Positions 29,065-38,014 of a DNA stretch of 64,000 bases are shown piece after piece; within the stretch, counting starts at the first letter, position 1; each line of letters starts with the position of its first letter. The notes under the pieces are model-generated. The model saw nothing but the letters and a program-made list of their open reading frames with translations, ran no database searches and was not told the DNA's origin. Made by a program: the position numbers and the translations under genes. The DNA lies in the NCBI GenBank assembly GCA_963730935.1, contig CAVSTP010000004.1, positions 1,696,001 to 1,760,000 of the forward strand. The letters run 5' to 3'. Source of the DNA: an uncultured Nitrospiraceae bacterium. Lineage in GTDB: Bacteria; Nitrospirota; Nitrospiria; Nitrospirales; Nitrospiraceae.

Positions 29065-31133
29065 CGCTTCAACTCCATGGCAACCGCCCGTCCGAGCGGA
29101 TAGAGGTCGACATCCAAAAACCGTCGTTCCGTTTCGCTCAGCTCGCGGTGCGCGTACTTGGAACGAACCGCCTTGATGGCGGCGTATTCCTGCTGGTAGG
29201 TGCCCGGGATGCCGGCCCGTAACGATTGCTCGGCGAGCAAGGCCCGACCCGGCAGAAAATTCGGCTCATGGGTCGTCGCAGTGGTCAACAGACTGAGGGC
29301 CTCCTCTACGCGGCCCTCAGCAAGACGGATCTGAGCAAGTTCGAAATAGCTGAACGGGGAATACGGATCCAACTGGATGGCTTCTGAGAACGCCTCGGAG
29401 GCTTTCGACAACAGCTCGGCACGCTGCGCGCTGGTCAGAGTTTGGGCGGCTATCAGACGATAGATGGTGCCCAACCGAAAGGCAAACCGGCCGTCCAGAG
29501 GGTTCAGCTTTTTCGCCACGGCTTCTTCTTCCGCCGCTGTGACCAGCCACTCCGATTTTCCGGACTCGCTGTACAACTGCATGGCGGTTCTCGCGATCGA
29601 ATCGTGATATCCGGTCGTCCCCGGATCGATGTCTGCCGCATAGACGTACCAGCCCAACGCCCCTTCCAGATCGTCCTGGGCGGCGTGATGCTTGCCTTCG
29701 TCGTGCGCATACCAGGCCACAGCGGACTGTGCACAGATCGCTGCAATAATCGCCGCCCCGGCGAGGACAGACGCGGCGCGCAACGGGTGATACGAAAATC
29801 CGATGCGTCGCCAAATCACCGACTCGGACCGCGACCGGATATACAGATTGTGGATGAGACCACCCATGAGGAGGAGCAGGATGACCAGGGCCGGTTCATG
29901 AAAGCTGGAATCGACGGCCGCATGGAGCAGGAGCACGAGCGCGGCTGCCGTTACTCCCATCAATAGACCCCGGTCGAACTCCTCGACCGGCTTGCGGAGG
30001 AGTTGGCCGACTTCGGCGGTCCAGAGTCCGGCACCACAGAACAACAGAGCAAGCCCCACAACGCCGAGTTCCACGCCGATCTGCAGATACTCGTTGTGGG
30101 CGGATTCAGGCCGCTTGCGATAGCGTATGATGTCTCCCTCGATGGGGAACCGATCTTGAAACGAGCCCTGCTTGTACATTCCCACACCGATGCCTAGCGG
30201 ATGTTCAAGCAAGCGCACGACGGAACTCTTCCAGATGTCCAGCCTGGTATATGCGTAAGGATCTTCAGCAACGTGAGCGATTCGATGCTGCAACGGGTTC
30301 GGCACGAGGAGACCTGCCAACACACACACAGCCAGAATGACCAACGCCTTTTTCCCATATCGACAAAACGCGAGAAACGATAGCGCTCCCAGCAGTGCCA
30401 ACGTCGCTCCGCGAGACTGTGCCGTCACGAATGCCGTCAATGAGACCGCCGCCGTACACCACAGCCATCTCTTGGAGAACGGCGGGAGCGCTTCGAGTTT
30501 CGGGAAGAGCAGCAGGCCGAGCGTTAACAGCAGGACAGCCGCCTGATACGCGGCAAAGAAATTGGGATTGAAGAACGTGCCATGCGCGCGGGTCTCATCC
30601 AAGCACAGATACTGCGTTATTCCCCACAGGCCTTCGAACATGCCTATCCCACTCACCACGAACAGGAGCGTCTGGATCTGCACCTGCGATCGAATGCCAT
30701 GCGTGACCATGGAGAATAATGCCGCATACGACAGAATGCTGAGCACCCATTGCACGCTCGCATTCTTGTAGGGAGACCATCCGAGCGACAGGATCGCCCA
30801 CCCGGCGAAGAGCGCCACGCACGCCTCCACACGTGTCTCAGGGAGAAATAGCTCCCCCCTTTTCAGTCGTCCGAGCAGCCAAATGACGCCGCTGACGAGG
30901 AGTACCATCCGGATGATGAGCACTGGCAGTTGCGTGGTTCCGCCGTCGATCAGCGGCGAGAAGACAAGCAGTCCTCCAAGGGTCGCGCCGAATCCCGAGA
31001 TGCCCCAAACTACGCTTTGACATTTCAACCACTCCGCGCAACGGCCGAGCGGCGCGCCGAGACGGACAGGCGGGTCGGATACGACAGGCAAATCATTGCG
31101 GAACGCAGTAAATTCACTCGGATGATCGGACAC
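29061..31133 (-). CDS. O-antigen ligase family (Wzy_C) protein with C-terminal TPR; candidate pilin oligosaccharyltransferase
   Basis: GTFFNPNFFA, AQSRGA, RLDIWK, GIGVG, AHNEYLQIGVELGVVG; directly downstream of pilA. GTG 31133 has a GAGGAG RBS. Confidence 0.82.
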   Translation of the reverse strand: MSDHPSEFTAFRNDLPVVSDPPVRLGAPLGRCAEWLKCQSVVWGISGFGATLGGLLVFSPLIDGGTTQLPVLIIRMVLLVSGVIWLLGRLKRGELFLPETRVEACVALFAGWAILSLGWSPYKNASVQWVLSILSYAALFSMVTHGIRSQVQIQTLLFVVSGIGMFEGLWGITQYLCLDETRAHGTFFNPNFFAAYQAAVLLLTLGLLLFPKLEALPPFSKRWLWCTAAVSLTAFVTAQSRGATLALLGALSFLAFCRYGKKALVILAVCVLAGLLVPNPLQHRIAHVAEDPYAYTRLDIWKSSVVRLLEHPLGIGVGMYKQGSFQDRFPIEGDIIRYRKRPESAHNEYLQIGVELGVVGLALLFCGAGLWTAEVGQLLRKPVEEFDRGLLMGVTAAALVLLLHAAVDSSFHEPALVILLLLMGGLIHNLYIRSRSESVIWRRIGFSYHPLRAASVLAGAAIIAAICAQSAVAWYAHDEGKHHAAQDDLEGALGWYVYAADIDPGTTGYHDSIARTAMQLYSESGKSEWLVTAAEEEAVAKKLNPLDGRFAFRLGTIYRLIAAQTLTSAQRAELLSKASEAFSEAIQLDPYSPFSYFELAQIRLAEGRVEEALSLLTTATTHEPNFLPGRALLAEQSLRAGIPGTYQQEYAAIKAVRSKYAHRELSETERRFLDVDLYPLGRAVAMELKR

Positions 31134-31269
31134 GGACTCCTCTTCTCCTGATCGGCACACGAAACCAGAACGTGTTGTATTCGGATCAGAAAGGCTCCGA
31201 AGATTTCACCGTAAGTGGGGGACCGGTGACAGTCAAGAATTTCCCGTCTTCATGCCTTGAAACGACGAA

Positions 31270-31295
31270 GGAGGGAGACCCCATGGTCTCCCTCC
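31270..31295 (-). terminator. Intrinsic terminator or attenuator after pilA
   Basis: Perfect 11-bp stem GGAGGGAGACC-ATGG-GGTCTCCCTCC followed by TTCGTCGTTTC on the minus strand. Confidence 0.75.
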
Positions 31296-31335
31296 CTCCG
31301 GATCCGCAGATCCGTTCCGCACTCACAACGTCGTC

Positions 31336-31851
31336 TTACAAGGAGACGTCGTTGTTCGTGTTCTGCAGGTTGCGCTGGTCATTGATGAACCAGTGGTCGC
31401 AAGACGTATCGCCGTCGATGTTGCCGTTCGCTCCGGCAGTGAAGCCGCCGGACGACGCCAGCACGCTGAAACCAGCGCTGGTCGGCGCCACCGAAACGTT
31501 ACAGGGCGTCGCGGCGTTGGAGCTGCCGTTGAAACGGGTCACCGTCGTGCCGTTTCCGGCCGCGTTGACACCGTCCTGGTACCAGAACGAGTACCGGGGC
31601 GAACCCGACGGCTGCCAGCCGATCTGGCTGATCGTCGCAGGCGAATAGCTCTGAGGATTCTGCGATTCCGCTTGATAGGCCACGGCTGATGTGAAGATGG
31701 CCCCCAAGCTGACCTTCGCCTCAGACTGCTTCGATTTCGCCTGATAGGCGACGAAGTTCGGGATGGCGATCGCGGCCAAGATACCGATGATCGCGACCAC
31801 GATCATCAACTCGATCAGGGTAAAACCCTTTTGACCTTTGAACTTACACAT
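31336..31851 (-). CDS. pilA: Type IVa major pilin
   Basis: Leader [30 protein letters not shown]-terminal [14 protein letters not shown] (Myxococcus-like); AGGAGG RBS before ATG 31851. Confidence 0.95.
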   Translation of the reverse strand: MCKFKGQKGFTLIELMIVVAIIGILAAIAIPNFVAYQAKSKQSEAKVSLGAIFTSAVAYQAESQNPQSYSPATISQIGWQPSGSPRYSFWYQDGVNAAGNGTTVTRFNGSSNAATPCNVSVAPTSAGFSVLASSGGFTAGANGNIDGDTSCDHWFINDQRNLQNTNNDVSL

Positions 31852-31952
31852 CGCTGCTCCTCCTTGTTGATTGTTCACCGACACTCCCCATCACAGGCTC
31901 GATTGCCAATTTCTTCCTGAGAATGGCTCCCTTTGCCGTCACCCCGGGGTAG

Positions 31953-31970
31953 TAGCAGGTTCGGTGCCGA
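31953..31970 (-). promoter_or_regulatory. Sigma54 (-24/-12) promoter of pilA
   Basis: TCGGCACCGAACCTGCTA (GG-N10-GC) about 100 nt upstream of pilA; RpoN control of pilA is established in several bacteria. Confidence 0.7.
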
Positions 31971-32202
31971 GGGGGCGTCCACCGTCGATGAGCATGACCA
32001 TATTCTTTTTCAACGAGTTAGATTCCTATCGCATATCTGCGGAAGAGGCGACTCCAAAAATCGTTACCGAGTTCTGCTCAGATCAGCCAATTATTGTCGC
32101 TCCCGTGCAGAGCGAAGCATCGGCATCATGCACGTTCGCCTACGTAGGCCGGGAGACCGACTCGGCCCGAGGGGGCAAGGGCCGGGACACGCTCCAGTCC
32201 GG

Positions 32203-34662
32203 TTAGTTTTGATACAGGAAAGGACGATTGGATACGCTGAGCCGTTTCCGGCTCGACGCGAAAATGAACATGATCATGAGAAGGCCTAGGCCACTGAAAC
32301 AGGCACCGAGACGCAACCACGGCGTCTCATAGTGAAAAAGGATTTGCGAGCGTCCGGCAGGAACCACAACTGCCCGCACCAGGCCATTGGCGCGGAAGAT
32401 TTCCAGCGCTTCGCCGCCTTCGATGCGAGCCGTCCAACCGGGCTCGAAGGCATCGGCCAATACCAGAACGGCCGCCTCCGACGTCTCAACGGCAATGCGG
32501 ACGGTTTCTGGCCGGTACTCGACGATCGTGGCACGGCCTTCCGGCTTCACCACCGGGAGGAGCTTCCCGGCGCTTTCAATTCCGTCCAGTTTCCCGTTCA
32601 AGAACTCTTCGCGTTCCAGCAGCGAAGAGATGGGAGTGACCGGCGACAGGAATTCTGGCTGTCGTGATAGATAGGCGCGAGGTGTGGCCGCAACCGGATT
32701 GCGTACGAGGGCGAGATCGTACGCCGGGACGGTGGCGACGACCGCACCCGCAAATGTCTCGTTCTGAAAACGCGCCGGCCGTCCGATGAAATAGGCGACG
32801 TTGTAGCGGGCAGCAACGCTTAGGCTGCCGTTCCTGCCGATCTGATCGACTCTTGGATTGAGCCCGGCCAAATAGTGCTGAATCGACTCAATGCGGAACA
32901 CGGCATTGTGTTCGAGATACAACCCCTGCCGACGAAGGGCCGCAATCCGCTCACGGGAAGTCAGTCCTTTCTCCACCGCTTCAGAAACGTTGGCGGTGCT
33001 GTCCTTGATGCTCAGAATCCGAAAGTTTCCGGGACCGGTGACTTTTGCGTCACTCGCCACTGCAGACACAAGGCCGGGAGTAAACGTCCAGGCCTCGGAG
33101 GACGACGTCTGTACTGCAGGCAGGTTGGCTCGAGCAAGATCGATGGTCAACAACAGCACGAGCGCTGCTCCAGCCCAAGCCGATTCAGAAGGCCGTGTTC
33201 TGAGCCATGCGAGAAGACCCCCCAGGGCGAGTGATCCGGCCGCGGCAAACAACGCCGAATAGCTGATCGACCGGGCGATATGTTGCGCGAGTTCCGAAGG
33301 CACGCCCCATCCCTCGGCAAATATGCGTGGACCTGTCTCGGTGATCAGAATTCCGGCAAGAGCGGCGAACAGTGCGGCGGCCGCACACCAGACGATAGTG
33401 TCGCGACGATCGTCCCGAAGTACGTCTACTCCACTCGCGGCGAGCATCGCCAGCGCAAGGGTGGCCAACCCCATGAACTTTTCGGGATATCTGAAGGCCG
33501 ACCAGAGCGGCATCCACTCGTACAAGAACTCATAGACTCCACCGTAAGATCCCATGGCGAGGACGAGGCTGAACGCGCCCAAAACCATGAACACCCGCAT
33601 GTCGCGACGCCGCCAACAGGCAACCACGGCCAGACCGATCAAGACCGGCCCGAGATACAGGGTTTCCGCCCAGAGGCCTGCCGGCCCGCGCCCCTGTTCC
33701 TGTGTGTGAAAGAGGGCCTGAGCAATCTGATCGCCGCGGCTGCTGTCTCCGATCGGCGACGCCAATAGCGTGACAAGTCGGAGCGGATGCGTGGACCAGT
33801 GGATGGCTTCCGCATGAAAGGAAGAGGCATCGGCCCGATCGCTGTGCTGATATCCTACCCAAGCAGGCGCAAGTTGAATGGCGGCCACCAGCAGGGTCAG
33901 ACTCGCGAGAGCAGCCAGCCGGACACATCCAGCTCGCCATTCCCCATCCGTCCGCATAACCGTCCAGAGAAGCGCCACGAACCCCACATAATAGGCTGTC
34001 TGAATGTCGCCGTTGAGAATGATGCTGGCCCACACCAGCGCTGCCGAGGCCAGCCAGGTCTTCCGGCCGGTTCTACACGTTCGCTCGAGCGCATAGAGGA
34101 ACAGCGGCAGCGCGCAAGCCGAGTACAGATAGAGCAGGTTTTCCGTCAGCGACATCACGTAGCCGGAACAGGAGAATCCGATCGATCCGATCGCGGCGCC
34201 GCTCCGCGAAATTCCCAAGCTGCGCGCCAGAAAGAACATCCCCGCCGCGCCCGTCAGGCAGCAGAGCAGCGTAGCCAACCGATACGCATCCTGCACCGGG
34301 AACAGCCAGTACAGAAGAGTGAAGGGATGGAACACGCCCATCACAGTCAGCGAAATCAGCGGACGGCCGAGGCCCTCGTAAGGAAACCACTGAGGCAGCT
34401 CCCCTTGCGAGAGACGATCGAAGATGTACTGTTTGAGGGGAAGAAAGAGTTGGAAGGCGTCCCGCTTGATCAGGACCAGCCCGGGGAGCCAGAGTTGGGC
34501 GTAGACGAGCAGCACCAGGCCAAGGACCGCAGCCAGCGACAGGCAGTCCGCCCGTGCCAGTGCTGCCAGGGACGATTCCTCTGCGCGCCGCTCGGTCGCG
34601 GACACGGCCGGCGGCACCCACGCTCCCGCCTGGAGGCTTCGTGTCTCGTCTTGCTCGGGCAT
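32203..34662 (-). CDS. YfhO-family (GT-C fold) membrane glycosyltransferase-like protein
   Basis: GELPQWFPYEGLGRP, FHP, FRYPEKF, PRAY, C-terminal FEPGWTA..RANGLVRAVVVPAG; many TM segments; immediately upstream of pilA. Confidence 0.85.
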   Translation of the reverse strand: MPEQDETRSLQAGAWVPPAVSATERRAEESSLAALARADCLSLAAVLGLVLLVYAQLWLPGLVLIKRDAFQLFLPLKQYIFDRLSQGELPQWFPYEGLGRPLISLTVMGVFHPFTLLYWLFPVQDAYRLATLLCCLTGAAGMFFLARSLGISRSGAAIGSIGFSCSGYVMSLTENLLYLYSACALPLFLYALERTCRTGRKTWLASAALVWASIILNGDIQTAYYVGFVALLWTVMRTDGEWRAGCVRLAALASLTLLVAAIQLAPAWVGYQHSDRADASSFHAEAIHWSTHPLRLVTLLASPIGDSSRGDQIAQALFHTQEQGRGPAGLWAETLYLGPVLIGLAVVACWRRRDMRVFMVLGAFSLVLAMGSYGGVYEFLYEWMPLWSAFRYPEKFMGLATLALAMLAASGVDVLRDDRRDTIVWCAAAALFAALAGILITETGPRIFAEGWGVPSELAQHIARSISYSALFAAAGSLALGGLLAWLRTRPSESAWAGAALVLLLTIDLARANLPAVQTSSSEAWTFTPGLVSAVASDAKVTGPGNFRILSIKDSTANVSEAVEKGLTSRERIAALRRQGLYLEHNAVFRIESIQHYLAGLNPRVDQIGRNGSLSVAARYNVAYFIGRPARFQNETFAGAVVATVPAYDLALVRNPVAATPRAYLSRQPEFLSPVTPISSLLEREEFLNGKLDGIESAGKLLPVVKPEGRATIVEYRPETVRIAVETSEAAVLVLADAFEPGWTARIEGGEALEIFRANGLVRAVVVPAGRSQILFHYETPWLRLGACFSGLGLLMIMFIFASSRKRLSVSNRPFLYQN

Positions 34663-34695
34663 GACCCCTTGATGCACGGACCCGTCAACGGCTGG

Positions 34696-34723
34696 AGTCT
34701 AGCAGGATTGCAAGTGATGGCAA
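34696..34723 (-). promoter_or_regulatory. Probable sigma70 promoter of the YfhO-like gene
   Basis: TTGCCA-N16-TAGACT with an extended TG. Confidence 0.45.
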
Positions 34724-34744
34724 GGAAATGACTGGTTCGCTCAG

Positions 34745-36586
34745 CTATTGAGCGATCGGGAGAGAAGGTTTTTGGCCCGCGACTCTGCGCTTCGCCTGCT
34801 GGATCCGCTCTTCCTGGGCTGGATCCCCCATCCCTTGCTCGCGAAAGCGATCCATCAGCTTGAGGTTGGTTGGATCGAGCTCCAACGCATGGAGCCAGGC
34901 TTCCCGCGCGTCGGAAAGGCGTTGCTGCGTCGCGTAGATGTCGCCGAGATGCTCGTAAATGACCGGATCGTCACCGACGAGCGCCGCAGCACGCTTTAAT
35001 TCCACCAGCGCTTCCGTCACCTGGCCCGACTTGAAGAAGGCCCAGCCAAGGCTGTCCACATAGTAGCCGTTCTCTGGCTTGAGGGCGACGGCTTGTTTCG
35101 TGAGAGAGACAGCCTGATCGATCCGGATACCCCGCTCCGCATAGCTGTAGCCGAGATAATTCAGTGCATCGGCGTGGTGCGGATCGAGTTTGATGGCGGT
35201 TTCCATTTCTTGAACCACGTCATCAAACCGGTTCAGCTTGTCGTAGGCGGTTCCCAGATTGAAATGAAGGTCCGCACTCTTCGGATTGTGACGAATCCCT
35301 TCTAGAAAGACTTCCGCCGACTTGTCGTACTGTTCCTGTTGAAGATAGGCGAGTCCTTGCACGATATGGGATTCCGGCTGTTTTGGATTGAGGGCGATGG
35401 CCCGCCCCAGATGCTCGGTCGCTTCGGGGAATTGTTTCAGACGGTAATAGAGCACGCCCAGGTGAAGGTGTCCTTCGAAGAAGGTCGGCTCGAGCTGGAC
35501 GTTGAACGCGTAGGTCTCTAACGCCTTTTGGGTGTCTTTGGACTCTTCATAGATGTAGCCGAGGTAGTCCCGGACTTTCACTTCCGCCGGTCGCACCTTG
35601 AGGATCCCGTTCAGACGATCAATGGCCTGAGCGTATTCCTTCTGCTCACCATGGATGAGGGCCATCCGCAGCTGCGCGTCCAGATCAGACGGATCCTCGG
35701 CAAGGAGGTCTTCCAGTTCTTTTCTCGCGCCCTGGTAATCCTTGGCGTCGACATAGATCCGCACGAGTTGGTGTCGGATTTCCCGGTTACGAGGATTGAC
35801 GTGCTGCAGATATTTCTTCAACACCGCGACAGCCTGGTCCTTCTCGTGTCGGGCCTCATGCATGGAGGCTAGCGCCAAATACGCCGGCTCGAACGCCGAA
35901 TTCACCGTGATGGCGCGCTCGAAGCTCGCCATGGCGTCATCCACTTTGCCCGTTTCCAGCAGGATGCGCCCCAAATGGTAATGCCCGACCGCATTGTCGG
36001 GTGCTCGGGCGATCCCGGCACGCATCGCCTGCTCCGCCTCGGCCGGCCGCTTGAGGTTCAGCAGCAAGAGCCCCTTGGTAAAATACGCCTCGCCGGACTC
36101 GGGGTCCAGCTCGATGGCCCGATCGAGAACGCTCAAAGCCTTATCACTCTTGCCAGCCTGGGCCATAATGCCGGCCATGTGTGTGAGCATTCGAGCATCG
36201 TCAGCCTTTCCATCCGCCACTTCCTCTGCATACCGCAACGCGTTGGGCATGTCCCCGAGCGAGAAATGCAGGGTCGCGAGCCGCGCCTTGACCGACAAGG
36301 CCGTGGGATCGGCTTTCAGCGCCGCCTGATACTCTTTGAGCGCCAGTTCCGAATTCTGTGCGAGTTCCGCTTGATACCCCAACATGAAATGGTAGGCGGC
36401 GGAGGGATCGGCGGGCCTGGTGGCTGACGCCGCAGGCTTGGGCGCTTCCGCAGCTTCGGCCGATTGTGCCAACTTCGTGGTCGGAGGCGAGGCGCAGGCC
36501 AAGAGGACACTCAGGGACACGAGACCGCACAGGCAGCGCACGGACCGTCCATCCACTGCGGTGCCGTACCATCGGTTCCGTGTCAT
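34745..36586 (-). CDS. TPR-repeat lipoprotein
   Basis: Lipobox LLAC; many TPRs; ALNYLGYSYAE..YYVDSLGW motif. Start uncertain. Confidence 0.85.
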   Translation of the reverse strand: MTRNRWYGTAVDGRSVRCLCGLVSLSVLLACASPPTTKLAQSAEAAEAPKPAASATRPADPSAAYHFMLGYQAELAQNSELALKEYQAALKADPTALSVKARLATLHFSLGDMPNALRYAEEVADGKADDARMLTHMAGIMAQAGKSDKALSVLDRAIELDPESGEAYFTKGLLLLNLKRPAEAEQAMRAGIARAPDNAVGHYHLGRILLETGKVDDAMASFERAITVNSAFEPAYLALASMHEARHEKDQAVAVLKKYLQHVNPRNREIRHQLVRIYVDAKDYQGARKELEDLLAEDPSDLDAQLRMALIHGEQKEYAQAIDRLNGILKVRPAEVKVRDYLGYIYEESKDTQKALETYAFNVQLEPTFFEGHLHLGVLYYRLKQFPEATEHLGRAIALNPKQPESHIVQGLAYLQQEQYDKSAEVFLEGIRHNPKSADLHFNLGTAYDKLNRFDDVVQEMETAIKLDPHHADALNYLGYSYAERGIRIDQAVSLTKQAVALKPENGYYVDSLGWAFFKSGQVTEALVELKRAAALVGDDPVIYEHLGDIYATQQRLSDAREAWLHALELDPTNLKLMDRFREQGMGDPAQEERIQQAKRRVAGQKPSLPIAQ

Positions 36587-36658
36587 AGGACGTACCAGCG
36601 GTAATTCATGAGGTGAGCCGAGAACACTCAACGATTATACGAACCGCTCATGGCAGGG

Positions 36659-38014
36659 TCAAACGACTTCACGATTGTCGAGACTTTCAAACTTGGCGTA
36701 GCGGTCATGGAAGAACAGTTCCTTTTTTCCGATCGGACCGTTGCGATGCTTGCTGACAAGAATATCTGCGATTCCTTTGCGTTCGGAGTTCTGATCGTAG
36801 ACGTCTTCGCGATAGATGAACATCACGACATCGGCGTCCTGCTCGATTGCGCCGCTCTCGCGGAGATCCGCCAGCATCGGGATCGGCGGCTTCCTCGCTT
36901 CAACGGCCCGGCTGAGCTGCGAGAGGGCTACGACCGGCACGTTCAACTCCTTGGCCAACGCCTTGAGCGACCGGGAGATGTCTGAGATCTCCTGTTGGCG
37001 AGACTCGGCATCGCTCCGCCCCTGCATGAGCTGCAAGTAATCCACGATCAGCAAGTCGAGTCCCCGCTCCGCCTTCAACCGACGGGCCTTGCCGCGCATC
37101 TGCTGGACGGTGATGCCGCCCGTATCGTCGATATAAATGGGGGCCTGCTCGAGACGGCCGGCGGCTTCCGCCAGACGCCACCAGTCCTCCTTCTGCAGTT
37201 TGCCAGTGCGGAGCGCATGGGAGTCGACACGCGCTTCAGAGCTGAGCATGCGCAACACGATTTGGGGCTTCGACATTTCGAGACTAAAGATGCCCACCGA
37301 GGTTCCCGCATGGAGCGCCGCATGAGCAGCCATGCCTAGCACGAGGCTTGTCTTACCCATGCTGGGCCGTCCGGCGATCACTACAAGATCGGAGGCTTGA
37401 AGCCCTGCCGTGATGTCGTCGAGGTCGTAGAACCCGGTTGGAACACCCGTCACATGCTCTTTTCTCTTCGAGAGCTTATCGACCAGATCGAGGCTCTCCT
37501 TGATGATGGCATTAATTGGACTGAAGGACCGGTCCAACTTTCCTTGCGCGATGCTGAAGACCGAGCGTTCCGCAAAATCGAGCAACTCATCGATTGGAGC
37601 CGTCCCTTCGTACCCGCGGGTCAGCACCTCCGTCGAGGTGTTCAACAGCTCGCGCAGCAAGGCTTTGTCGCGGATGATCTTGCTGTGGTAACGGATGTTC
37701 GCCGAACTCGGAACGATCTGCACCAACTCCGCCAGATAGGCGGCGCCGCCCACGGCTTCGAGTTCGCCTTGCGCCTTGAGGCGCTCGGTCAGCGTAATGT
37801 GATCGATGACTTCGCCGCTTTCGGAGAGCTCGAGCATCGCGCGGTAAATCTTGCGGTGCGCCGTCCGGTAGAAATTCTCCTCGACGATCAGTTCCATGGC
37901 TTTCGCCATCGCCTGGTTGTCCAACAAGACGGCGCCCAGCACGGACTGTTCCGCCTCCAGGTTCTGCGGCGGGAGACGCGGCTGCGACAGATCGATGCCC
38001 GGCATGGATTTCAT
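36659..38014 (-). CDS. dnaB: Replicative DNA helicase
   Basis: EAEQSVLG, GRPSMGKT, VDYLQL, LSQLSR, DLRESGAIEQDAD, KHRNGP. Confidence 0.97.
   Translation of the reverse strand: MKSMPGIDLSQPRLPPQNLEAEQSVLGAVLLDNQAMAKAMELIVEENFYRTAHRKIYRAMLELSESGEVIDHITLTERLKAQGELEAVGGAAYLAELVQIVPSSANIRYHSKIIRDKALLRELLNTSTEVLTRGYEGTAPIDELLDFAERSVFSIAQGKLDRSFSPINAIIKESLDLVDKLSKRKEHVTGVPTGFYDLDDITAGLQASDLVVIAGRPSMGKTSLVLGMAAHAALHAGTSVGIFSLEMSKPQIVLRMLSSEARVDSHALRTGKLQKEDWWRLAEAAGRLEQAPIYIDDTGGITVQQMRGKARRLKAERGLDLLIVDYLQLMQGRSDAESRQQEISDISRSLKALAKELNVPVVALSQLSRAVEARKPPIPMLADLRESGAIEQDADVVMFIYREDVYDQNSERKGIADILVSKHRNGPIGKKELFFHDRYAKFESLDNREVV

Noticed and set aside
31880..31950. GGCAAA-containing pilA leader as a possible c-di-GMP-I riboswitch
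   Set aside because: Could not find the GNRA tetraloop and receptor two-stem architecture.
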